A stretch of DNA of 64,000 nucleotides from Octopus vulgaris (GCA_951406725.2 OX597814.1:132556001-132620000); one strand, 5' to 3'; shown: positions 12,840 to 24,209, counted from the stretch's first letter. Numbers and translations: made by a program. Notes: a model not told the origin generated them from the sequence alone.

Positions 12840-13690
12840 AAGTTATAATTGAAAGAAAGTTAGCTAATATGGAGGACTGGAAGCCATCTGAATGTTGGAA
12901 AAAGATTGCCTTGTGTCACGATGATTTGTGCTGGGTATCGAAATGCCGACATTTTGACTGCCGCTCAATACTCTGTGAACACTGCACGGGCTGTAGAACG
13001 TGACATGGACAGTTACAACGAAAACTACGAAACTGTGGCCAGCGGGAAGGGACACAGCAGGCTTTCTGACTGCGATCGCATACCGGAATTCATCCCCACA
13101 TCTTTGAACAGGACCTTAATCTTAATTCAGACGATTATGTGAAACTTCTGGGTACTGTTGTCAAACCCTGACTGGAGATGTTTGTTGCTGAGAGATCATA
13201 TGTGTAGTAGCAGAATTAGGCTCCATGTCATGCCTCCAGAAAGAGTTAGAAGTGGTTTCTGGAGAATTTCTATGGCTTCCCCTGCCTGAATTTTTCTAGT
13301 TTCCTGATTTACCCGATTGTAATCTCATAGATTATTATGTGTAGGGCGCAGTTAAAAAAAGACACCAATCTCTCTGCCTGCAGCATTAAGCCCGAGCGGA
13401 TGGTCAAGTTCAAAGCGGTGTTCGAAGATCTTCTCAGAGATATGGTTAGGAACGCATGCAGCAGGTTCTGGAGTCATCTTGAGGCCATGGTAGAAGCTGC
13501 GGGTGGCTACTTTGAATAAAGCGTTATCTCTCAGCCATAATCTAGATGATATTTTATAATTTTTACAAAATACTTCGATTTTTGGATAGGATACTGTGTT
13601 TTCTTTTCCTTTTATACAAATGAACAAATTCAGCCTAAACATCCTTTTAAGTAGAAACTCACAAAATCTCAGCAAACTTTATAGCCCGCA
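12840..13690 (+). mobile_element. Tc1/mariner (maT/DD37D-like) deleted derivative
   Basis: PDCNLIDYYV, ACSRFWSHLEAMVEAAGGYFE-stop C-terminus. Confidence 0.65.
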
Positions 13691-13792
13691 GCACTCAGCA
13701 TATTTGACATCCAAATTTATTTTTAACTATTTGAAATAATGAAGGAGGAGCGCTAAGCCGTGATAAGTAAGGCTGCAATGTTATTTTCATCT

Positions 13793-14337
13793 GAATATGC
13801 TTGAGGCACGTTCGAACCTGTGAACAAGCTACTCATTGCGTTTTGTCACGGAAAATATATCACGTTTGTTGCCAAATGGTATGTATACGCCTACATCAGC
13901 TCCCAGCGCCATCTACCCAAACCGTGAGATGCAAGCATTTCGGAGTAGTTATCACGGATCTAGTGGAGGTGAATGGCTTAGTGGTTAGGGTGTCAGTATC
14001 GTGATCGTAAGATTGTGGTTTCGATTCCTGGACCGGGCGATGCTTTGGTTCTTGAGCAAAATATTTCATTTGACGTTGCTCCAGTCCACTCAGCTGGCAA
14101 AAATGAGTAAAGCTGCGATGGACTGGCATCCGCGTCCAGCTGAGGAACACATACGCCATTGAAACCGGGAAACTGGGCCCATGAGTCTGGCTAGGCTTTA
14201 AAAGGGCGTATTTATTATATTATTATCACGGATATATGTGTATATAAACCATTTGTTAACAAACGGGATATATTTTCCGTGACAAAGCGCAGTGAGTAGC
14301 TTGTTCACCGTTTCGAACGTGCTTCAAACATATTCGA
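13793..14337. mobile_element. MITE with ~95-bp terminal inverted repeats, interrupted by a SINE
   Basis: GAATATGCTTGAGGCACGTTCGAA...CAAATGGT mirrored by ACCATTTG...TTCGAACGTGCTTCAAACATATTC. Confidence 0.7.
13960..14222 (+). mobile_element. tRNA-derived SINE, family B
   Basis: TGGCTTAGTGG A box, GTTTCGATTCC B box; 11-bp TSD TTATCACGGAT (13949-13959, 14223-14233). Confidence 0.8.
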
Positions 14338-14444
14338 GCTGATGTTACATTACAGTTGAAAAATGGGTCCCAAGAGTAGATTCTGATTATAGAAATGCCA
14401 TACTGAATAATATGAAGCGTTAGACTAAATTCAATACTCTAGTT

Positions 14445-14663
14445 CAGTGGTTTTCTACCAAAGTTCCGCGGAACCTTAGAGTTCCGCCAGTACAGTCCAG
14501 GGGTTCCGCAAGAAGTTACAAAACTGCTAAAATCGGCAGTAATTTTTAATTTTCCTGTGCAGATATGTGTGCATAAGACTATTAAATTATTGCACAGGGG
14601 TTCCCCGAGCCAGTGGAATGTTTCCTTGGGGTTCCGCTCCAGCAAAAAGTTTGAAAAGCACTG
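14445..14663. mobile_element. hAT MITE, same family as 3791-3991, opposite orientation
   Basis: CAGTG...CACTG termini; 8-bp TSD CTCTAGTT (14437-14444, 14664-14671). Confidence 0.88.
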
Positions 14664-15416
14664 CTCTAGTTTCTTCCTGTTAGTTTCAGAATTCACATCA
14701 GAACAAGAACAGAGTCTTACTCTGTTCCTTTATCAACTTCTGCTTGATAAAATTAATAGCCGCAAGTTAGTAAAGTTAGTTTTAGCTTATTTAATTTATT
14801 GAGTATGAAATCGGAAGCTAGAAATCAATATGCGCTGAGAAATAAATACAAGAAGCAATGCCTAATATTATTTTAATTATATCGTTGAGTGCGTTTTAAT
14901 TATTTCGTCTGAAATTGCTTCGGTCTCATTAAGACCTCGACAGGAAGGTTGATATGAAGAATTGTAAGAGCATTAAACAAATAAATACTTCCAGTATCTA
15001 TACTAGCTCTTTGCCTTCTGTGTTCAAATTATGTCGTTTAAATTCCTCTGAGATCAACAAAATATAATACGAGTTAAGTTACTAGCACTGATTTAATCAA
15101 TTAATCGTCTCCCAAATGTGTGGCTCTGTGCCTATGTCGAGGAGGATCTGATTAGCAAACCATAATCTTTACACAGTGATGAGAAACGATTTAAGTAATT
15201 AAACAAGATTATGCACAAAGCGGCATAGAGAATGAAACTGTTTAATGAATAGTTGATTACAGGTGCAATCAGCAAGAAAAAATGACATGTTAAAATCTTT
15301 TATACTGATAATAATTTCTGTATATGTAATACATTTTATACAAATACAAAAAATATAAGAACCGAGAATTTATAAATTGTGTGTAATTTTATAATTTTCT
15401 TATATTTCCACCACAG

Positions 15417-15508
15417 TGCTTTGAATATTCAGGACCATGTCATCCAAAAACACCACATGTGCCTGTTGAACCAAAAAAGCTTTCTACTGGAAGTATAATC
15501 TCAATCGT
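15417..15508 (+). CDS. Exon 5 of ATG27/CD-M6PR-like gene (end of luminal domain, start of TM)
   Basis: CAG acceptor, GTAAGT donor; CFEYSGPCHPKTPHVPVEPKKLSTGSIISI, with LSxGS as in the juxtamembrane region of the M6PR/ATG27 family. Confidence 0.85.
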
Positions 15509-15792
15509 GTAAGTGTCAAGTTTATCACATATTCAAGCTAATTTCCGTTTGGCGGAACACTCACTGTTGACTTTTGTCCGTCTATAGATTTGTGGTGAGT
15601 AAATAAATAAAAGAAAGAATATAAAGAGATTTGAAACCTGCAATATACGATGTCGTGTGTATTTGTGAGCAAAATAGTAATAAATGGAAAACAATTAAAC
15701 ATAATAATTAGAGTAGAAATTAATATTATAAAAATATCAATTTCAACTAGTGGTCAGCATATTTATAAATGTCTGAGGACCGTGAATTCTAT

Positions 15793-15947
15793 TTAAATAT
15801 AAACAATATGAAAGATCACTATGTGGATGTCTTGTATGCTAAAAATAGACGAAAACCGTCTTACCACTAAATCGGTAAGACGGCTTGACGTCTATTTTTA
15901 GCATACAAGGAATCCACATAGTGATCTCTCATATTGTTTAGATTTAA
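15793..15947. repeat. Imperfect foldback inverted repeat (~73-bp arms)
   Basis: AAACAATATGAAAGATCACTATGTGGAT...CCGTCTTACC vs GGTAAGACGG...ATCCACATAGTGATCTCTCATATTGTTT. Confidence 0.85.
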
Positions 15948-15981
15948 CGTAATGTATATGTCAATTTTTTATTTGACCATA

Positions 15982-16378
15982 GAGTGGCTGTGTGGTAAGT
16001 AGTTTGTTTACCAAACACATGGTTCCGGGTTCAGTCCCACTGCGTGGCACCTTGGGCAAGTGTCTTCTACTATAGCCTCGGGCCGACCAAAGCCTTGTGA
16101 GTGGATTTGGTAAACGGAAACTGAAAGAAACCCGTCGTATATATGTATATATATGCGTGTGTGTGTTTGTGTGTCTGCGTTTGTCCCCCTAGCATTGCTT
16201 GACAACCGATGCTGGTGTGTTTATGTCCCCGTTACTTAGCGGTTCGGCAACAGAGACCGATACAATAAGTACTAGGCTTACAAAAAGAATAAGTTTCGGG
16301 GTCGAGTTGCTCGATTAAAGGCGGTGCTCCAGCATGGCCGCAGTCAAATGACTGAAACAAATAAAAGAGTAAAAGAGT
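15982..16378 (+). mobile_element. SINE family A
   Basis: Reverse complement of 2976-3370; A/B boxes and tail present. Confidence 0.85.
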
Positions 16379-18748
16379 ATATCGATAGTAACTGCAGATC
16401 TGTGAGATTCATTATCGTACAGCTCAAGGTATGGAAATCCGCATGTAATGCACAAGCACATCAGGTACAAGTCCTATGTGTAGAACATATGGCAGTTTAT
16501 ACCCGCCAAGATGCAGAAGAGCTATTTGTGTTGTTATGTACCTTGAACATCATATGACTTCTTTCCTCTCTTGAGTTGAACTTCCTGGACAGTTGTGTCT
16601 GCAACATCATCACTGGGATACCTGTCTAGCAATTCCATGGTGTCAAAGATGCGTGGATACTGTAAGTGGCATGGGACAATTGTTATCTAGTTCTCGTATA
16701 TCGGTGTGTTGAGGCTGCCAATGAGGTTCAGAACAATTTTTTGAATGGTTTTTTTTTTTGTTGAAACTACCTGCACGTGCACAGTCTTTCTCTAAGTATA
16801 TATTGTTTTATTTTTTTCTATTTGGTGACATGCTTTACCTTCTGATATTTTCCTTGTTCCCAAATACCATGTATAAATAGATTTTTTGAGTTTAAACTAA
16901 ATCAAGAAACATTGTCTTTAGAATTATAGTAATCGGAGACGCTCTTTCATTAACTTCCAAGGAAGATTAGTGTTTCTAATATAAATCAATAAGCGACATT
17001 ATTATCAATATTGTAATGAATTACAATTACTTTGTTATCTCAAAAAAAAGTTATACTGGCCAGCAAAATACTATCTTTTTCAGTTGCCAACAATATTTAA
17101 ATGAATTTGTGGTAATTTGGGAGCCCTAAATTTAAAAATTGCATTGTTTCACCAGATTGACTCCAGTTTTTGAAATGATGGATTCACCTTAAGCTCTTAT
17201 GTCACCTTAATACGATATACAGAGATATTTCAAAACAAGGTTAAAATGTAGATTAGGAGTAATGTTTGGTCAGAGATCATAGTACTTTGACAAACGAAAG
17301 ATTAATGATTTAGTGTTTATTATCAAATATGGAGCTCCCATATTCCAAGTGGCTACGCTATATTTTCTCAATATATTTGCTAGATGCTGTAGTGTTTTTA
17401 TCTACATATTTTACTCTTCTACAATATTATTTATTTTTTATTGCAAAACTAAATTTAAAATTATCTCTTTCATTTAATAATTCTTAATTATGGCAGGTAA
17501 TAAACTAGTAAAGATGAGTTCATCATAAAGAACCTGCTTGAATAAATAAAATGTTTTCTGTTGTATCTGTAGTGAATATACTAGAGAAAAGCATAGAAAA
17601 AAATATCATTGATTTTGTAAGCAAGCATATCTTTCTTATTTTGGAGAAAAGTTTGGATATCAAGTTAAGTCGTGAGTTCTCCATAATGTATTCAAAATCT
17701 AAGTAAATTCCTTTCGGCAATGGCCCAAAGACAAAAGAAAAAAATTAACGTCGGAGTGCCTATCGTGTGGTGAGATCTGTAAAATCCCTACGAATGATTG
17801 TTATTTTGTACTGTTAATATGAAAAGCTTCAATTACTATAAAATTACATAGGAATATCCTGATTTGGAATCTGCAAATCTACATACTAGGGAAGCTCTCA
17901 TGCTGGTACTTGCGTCTCTACCTGACCATCGCTTGTCAGATGTTGAAGAAATGCAAAGCTTAATGTCTACCACACATGGTAGCTTGGAAAATAATTATGA
18001 ATAATAAGTTTTTTGATACCAAAACTGTTCTCAAAAAAGGAAAAAAATAGGCATGATGTGTGTGCGTGTGTGTGTGTGTGTGTGTGTACGTGATTGCAAT
18101 TTATGCTCATCCACAAATTAGCAAGCATTTCGCTCAAATTTTAGGAGGACATTCGTCAACATCCTATCTAGGTTTTGTCAACTTATTTTTTTCCGGAGGC
18201 ACCCGCGGATAAGGTAAACATCTATTTTCAACCATAGCTTTTAGCCATAAAAAATATCAGCCATAGCTTTTTTGATGGCGTCTAACGAAAGAAAATACGA
18301 TAAAGAAAAGTGGGAAAAGGAGGCAGAGAGTTTCACGGGAAAGACAAAGTGAGAGAGGGAGAGAGAGAGCCATTGCTTTTTTGACGGCGTCTAACAAAAA
18401 AAATAAGATAAAGAAATGTGGAAGAAGGAGGCAGAGAGTTTCACGGGAAAGACAAAGTGAGAGAGAGAGTAAGTGACTACGTTCATAAAAATAAAATGTA
18501 AAATGTTTTGTTTTGTGTTTTTGAAAGGCACACTATATTTTATAATCATAGTATATATACTTTCTCACACAACAATTACAATATAACATAAGGGGGATCA
18601 GCCATCTGAATGTGGCTAGGGACAGGGCGGGGTGGTGGGGGTGTTACTGATGCATTTAGCCCCAGGCGATCATCGACGTCACCAGAAGGGCTGACACCAT
18701 CTCGGTGTCCTTGCCAGCCTGCAAAGGGAGATCAGCCTCCCCGAAGAT

Positions 18749-18812
18749 ACGGATACTACATACGGACCGGTTTCGAGGTATTTGCCTCTTATCAACGCAT
18801 GGTAAGCACCGT
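18749..18812 (-). ncRNA. Type I hammerhead ribozyme, copy 1 (U3-A8 variant)
   Basis: Minus strand: ACGG-TGCT-TAC-CATGCG TTGATAA GAGG CAAATA CCTC GAAA CCGG TC^CGTATG-T-AGTA-T-CCGT; predicted cleavage between 18765 and 18764. Confidence 0.85.
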
Positions 18813-19105
18813 TCTTCGTTGAGGGACCTTCTCTACAGGCTGGATATATATGGATTTTCACAGTAACCACAGTCACTGATGTAGAAAAACCGTTCGACAA
18901 CAATAATAAATCTCTGAGCGAGATATAAACAGTAACTGCTCTATAACATAAGGGGCATCAGCCATCTGAATGTGGCTAGGGACAGGGCGGGGTGGTGGGG
19001 GTGTTACTGATGCATTTAGCTCCAGGCGATCATCGACGTCACCAGAAGGGCTGACACCATCTCGGTGTCCTTGCCAGCCTGCAAAGGGAGATCAGCCTCG
19101 AAGAT

Positions 19106-19169
19106 ACGGATACTACATACGGACCGGTTTCGAGGTATTTGCCTCTTATCAACGCATGGTAAGCACCGT
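19106..19169 (-). ncRNA. Type I hammerhead ribozyme, copy 2
   Basis: Identical to copy 1; predicted cleavage between 19122 and 19121. Confidence 0.85.
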
Positions 19170-21950
19170 TACCGGTCCGTATGTAGTATCCGTATCTTCG
19201 GAGAGGCTGATCTCCCTTTGCAGGCTGGCAAGGACACCGAGATGGTGTCAGCCCTTCTGGTGACGTCGATGATCGCCTGGGGCTAAATGCATCAGTAACA
19301 CCCCCACCACCCCGCCCTGTCCCTAGCCACATTCAGATGGCTGATCCCCCTTATGTTATAGAGCAGTTACTGTTTATATCTCGCTCAGAGATTTATTATT
19401 GAATTACAATATATTTATTCTAAATCATTTATTTATTTTAAATCGTTCATCTCTCACACACAGTACTTTGGGTGCGAAAGAGTTTGTTTTTATTTTACGC
19501 CGAGTAAAAAAATGTTCTGTTGACAATCCATTTATTTAACAATAAAGAAGCAAAGAGGTGAGTAACAACTTGTCAGTGAATTACACAATATAAATGGGTA
19601 CAATTTGCGAGGCTTCCACCACACCCCACTCCGTTTCACGGTCCACAAAAAGGGTTTTGAGGCCAGAGTATTTGGTTCCATGCAAAAAAAAAAAAACGAT
19701 TTTTTTTTCTTAGTGAAAATTGTGCGAGTGTTAATCTACAAGTTTAACAACATTTTTTCCATTCATTTCTGTTTATGAACATGTATGCGTGCACAAAACA
19801 TGCAATAGGTGTACGTACGTACGTGTGTGTATGTGTGTTCGTGTCTATTTATATTATATTATATTATATTATATATAATAATAACTAATTTCAACGGATT
19901 TCGCCCAAATTTGACGTCTATGTTACTTAGTTTGGTTTGAAATAAAGAACTTGATTAACTTAATAATCGTAACTTAATCCCGGGCAAGGCCGGGTTATAC
20001 TGCTAGTCTGAAATAAGATCTCAGTCTCTCAAAGTAGTCTACTGAAACTTTGGCATTCAGGCTAAAAGAAAAGAACTGTCTACATGCAAGTTAAAATAAC
20101 AGCCTTGAAGAAAGAGAAGAGACATTTCTTCCTTATTCTATCAAACACGAAGATGTTGTCTACAGAAATAACATAGCTGAACTTTTCTCGAAATGTAACA
20201 ACTAGATTGTCGACTATAAGTATATACAGAGAGAGGTAAAGGGAGTGAATGAGAAAGAGAAAGAGCCACCTGAAGTTTGAAATGTATTTTATTACACTAT
20301 GGAAACTGTTATGTATCGTTACCAATTGGTCAGACAATATAAAGAACATAATTGTCTTTCAAGGACTCTGTTATCATGAGCGTCGGTGGTCTATTCACGT
20401 TGACTCAAAGATAGAGAATTTCTTGCTGGGATAGCAAAGTAGGAACACAAAATATCTTTGCTTCAAATGCTTGTGGGGCAAGAGAGCAAAGCAAGATCAA
20501 TTGAAAAACGTAACATGGCCTTCAATAGATAGAATAACCATAGGGAGACTGAACATCCTTTAATGGGCTATTGGCTCAAAGAGAAAATATCATTCTTCCT
20601 GTCCTCCATATTTATTTGAGACTGATGAAACAATTTGTTAAAGCTTTGAAAAGAGATGGTGATTGCTTCAAGTGCGTTTGTATCAAAAGTAGAATATCTA
20701 CTGCTGATCATATTTGTAAACTTACCAAAGATACTAGTTTTCAGAAATATATGAATGATATGGAAGTTTCTACTTGGTGTAGTTACACCTCAGTTATTGA
20801 AAACTTCTTGGGTGACAAGTAAGCAGACAATTGTGAAGAATTATGGAAAAGGTGCTCAATAACAGTATGAGTGCTGCGAGTAATATGGACATAAAAGTAC
20901 ACTCCATCCATAGGCAGTTGGACAAATTTCCACATAATCTTTGAGATTTATGTGACGAACAAAAGGTAAAGTTCCACCACGATATAACGATGATGGAAAG
21001 CTATCAAGGCAGAAATGGAATACATATAATGGCGGGACTACTGTTGGAACATTCCGATTATAGTCCTGCTACGCTACACAAAAGAAAATCATATGAACAT
21101 GAAGGACGTATATATTTTAATATTCTTAATTAGTCGATGCTATTGTCGATGCTATTGTCGTGAAAATTATTAGTTTAAAATGTCATCAAATATTTTGTGA
21201 TTAATTTTTGTTAGTTTTTTAATGTTACAATGTATACATGTTTTGGCATTTTATGTCAGAATGATCATTTTGTGTCAACATGCTTTAATAAAACTACAAA
21301 TATTTTAAATTCCATTATGTAATATGCAATTAATTAAATGACCCAATACCTAAATATCAATTCAGGCACAACTGTATCATAAAAATAAGAGGGGCTTGGA
21401 AGGCTAAGTGTTGCGAATTCTCAAATATAGGGCCTTTAAACATGTCAAAAATTAGTGCCAATGTAGGGAAACTAATGTCATTTTCAGATTCAGCACCGCA
21501 AAGTCACCCTTAAATAATTCCAATAACTTTGGCATCGAAAATAATGTGTCAATGCTACCAGCCGAATTGCCCGCTGTTCTTAGTCTGTTTCATATTTTGT
21601 CACTAGTGGGGTGCTCTACAGACAATGACTATGAGTGAGGAAGTTTTTTGTGTGCTTATTCAACTTGCCGGATATAGCAACCAAATTCTTTATTAAACAT
21701 TGGAAAATGTCATTTTTGAGCTATTGTTTGAAAACAAAGTCACAATCGTAGTATTGTGTCTATATTCTTCATTAGGAAATGTTTCACAGTGGCCGACTTA
21801 TCGAAGATGAACTGCTTTAACTCTTCTGTAGATACGTATAATGGATTCTGTCATCTCTACATGCGTACAAAGTAAATGTGTATAATTTGCATACAGCTTT
21901 AGAAAACAACTTCTTTGAAAATATCAATGTTTGAAACGATTATTTTTCAG

Positions 21951-22077
21951 TACATTTTCAATTATAATTGTATACCTTGTGGGAGGTTGCCTGGTCACTT
22001 CGTTTTACCTAAACTCGACTGGAATAGAACGATGCCCGAATGTTACACTTTGGAGCAAATTGGGTTCTCTTATAAAG
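21951..22077 (+). CDS. Exon 6 of ATG27/CD-M6PR-like gene (TM + cytosolic juxtamembrane)
   Basis: tttttcAG acceptor, AAG|GTAACT donor; (V)TFSIIIVYLVGGCLVTSFYLNSTGIERCPNVTLWSKLGSLIK matches the family pattern YxxxG...GxExxPNxxxWxxLxxLxK. Confidence 0.9.
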
Positions 22078-22219
22078 GTAACTTGAACATTTTATTTAGA
22101 AAATATTCTGCAGATTAAGTTTGCGCTGTCTGTCTGTAAATGTGTGTACGTGTGTTCGTGCATGCGTTCGTGCGTGCGTGCATGTGCATGTAGAGTGTGT
22201 GTGTGTGTGTGTGTGTGTA

Positions 22220-22683
<464 letters not shown>

Positions 22684-23726
22684 CCACTCCTGTTGAATAG
22701 AATATGAAGCGGTTCGAGTTTGAAATTGCTTTAGTCAATCTACGTTTATTTTGATGTTTGTCAGTATTGATTTCTCAACCACAATGTCACTTAGGTGAAG
22801 AAAAATAGATTTTGTAGACCCCAGTATTTAACTGGTATTTATTGCATTAAACTTGAGAGGATAATACACAAGTTAATATACAACGTCAACTTCGGAGAGA
22901 TTTATTAGTATTAAACGATTATTTGTGCTTCTAATTCCTATGCTGTCATTAACTTTTCTAGTCTAATTCCTTAAATACATCGTTTCTTACAAAGGAAATA
23001 AATATTTTACAATGTTTAACAACAATACTCGGCAATTAATTCCTTGTTTATTGTTTGTATTCAATAGAGTACAGTAATTTCTCGTTTTTTTTTTTTTTCA
23101 CCCGCTGCTTTGGAAATGTCCTTGGATAGCCCTTTATTTACATCAAATATGCAATAAAGAAATATTCCCCTCTCTGCATAACTACTGGTTAGATTTACTA
23201 ATTATATTTCACCATTCTTTTCTTTTTGCTTAGTTGTCTCCTGCAGTGCCGTCTTACAGCATGGACACACTGAATCTAGGGGCCCAATTCTGATTTATAT
23301 ACGATGTGGTTTGCTGTCAATAAATAAATACAATAAAACCCAATGCATCGATTTGCCCGGGTGCTTATAATGCTGCTAAGACAACTCTGATTTCTTACCG
23401 ATTAAATATGGCATTAGTTATTAATTCAACATCTGGAATTAATGTTTGAATTATAATCGCTTTTAATGAAAAGGAAGTGGGTTGGCAATATCATTAATTC
23501 GCTTAGTCAAGTAGTAGTTGATCAGCAGTAGCGTTAATTTGCTATGAGCAAAATGGCAGTAGATTAGCAACATAATCGTTAAAACGTCGAACAAAATGCT
23601 TTTGTTTCTTTATGCTCCTAATTTGAAAATCTGTTGTAGTTTACTTTTCCTTTCATCTCTCTAAAGAGTACATTGGTCAATTAAATCGTTCCCACAGACT
23701 TGTTCCAATCTTAATATCTAAGTACC

Positions 23727-23821
23727 AGTTACGCACTGGGATCGATATAATCGACTTAATCCCTTTGTCTGTCCTTGTTTGTCCCCTCTGTGTTTAGCCC
23801 CTTGTGGGTAGTAAAGAAATA
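23727..23821 (+). mobile_element. 5'-truncated SINE (family C variant) with Tx1-like 3' tail
   Basis: 14-bp TSD AATATCTAAGTACC (23713-23726, 23822-23835); tail TGTTTGTCCCCTCTGTGTTTAGCCCCTTGTGG. Confidence 0.75.
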
Positions 23822-23874
23822 AATATCTAAGTACCTATTGAACGGCGACCTTTCTACTGCATAGAAAAGAATGC

Positions 23875-24045
23875 ATAAAGGCATTTCTTCCCATTTCACG
23901 TTCTAAGTTCAAGTACCGCTGGAGTCGACGTTGCCTTTCGTTCTTTCGGGGTCGATAAAATAAGTATCATTTGAACATTGGGGTGCGATGTAATCAACAA
24001 GCCCCCTCCCGCAAACTTCAGGCCTTATGCCAATAATAGAAGGAA
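23875..24045 (+). mobile_element. SINE family C (Nin-domain-like) fragment
   Basis: GCCTTTCGTTCTTTCGGGGTCGATAAAATAAGTA central motif, repeated many times in the window. Confidence 0.7.
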
Positions 24046-24141
24046 TTACTAATGCTGGAAATTTTATGGTCGATTAATCGGTTTATCCTCTAATTTTACT
24101 TGTTGACAACACAATAAAGGATTTACTTAACTTTTTGCAAC

Positions 24142-24207
<66 letters not shown>

Positions 24208-24209
<2 letters not shown>

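Larger units (their letters stand above)
18586..19401 (-). mobile_element. Non-coding retrozyme-like / Penelope pLTR-type insertion: 360-bp unit + partial second unit + inverted copy
   Basis: Unit starts at 18582 and 18942 (period 360); 19171-19401 is the reverse complement of 18901-~19128; 12-bp TSD AATTACAATATA at 18574-18585 and 19402-19413. Confidence 0.85.
18043..20006 (+). mobile_element. Non-autonomous Helitron-like element
   Basis: 3' GC-rich hairpin CCCGGGCAAGGCCGGG followed by CTAG|T at 20003-20007; internal 109-bp tandem duplication (18259-18469); interrupts the Chapaev3 reading frame; 5' end poorly defined. Confidence 0.6.
17054..21548 (+). mobile_element. Degraded Chapaev3 (CMC) DNA transposon, split by nested insertions at ~18043-20006
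   Basis: Frameshifted motifs QAYLSYFGEKFGYQVKS, GVPIVW..DCYFCTVN, PKLFSKKE | RDLSLSK..LAFRLKEKN, NFLLG..TKYLCFKCLW, ILPVLHIYLRLMKQFVKAL, NFLGDK, KFHHDI.MME. Confidence 0.8.

Noticed and set aside
15982-16050. tRNA gene
   Set aside because: A/B boxes belong to a SINE head; no complete cloverleaf
18610-19332. Repeated ORFs MWLGTGRGGGG... as a small protein family
   Set aside because: By-products of the GC-rich repeat; no recognisable domain; the RNA-structure explanation fits better
18582-19401. Tandem units as a CRISPR-like array
   Set aside because: No unique spacers, eukaryotic context, no cas genes
21915-22118. ORF-track translation MKISMFET...
   Set aside because: Wrong frame; the real exon 6 is in another frame at 21951-22077
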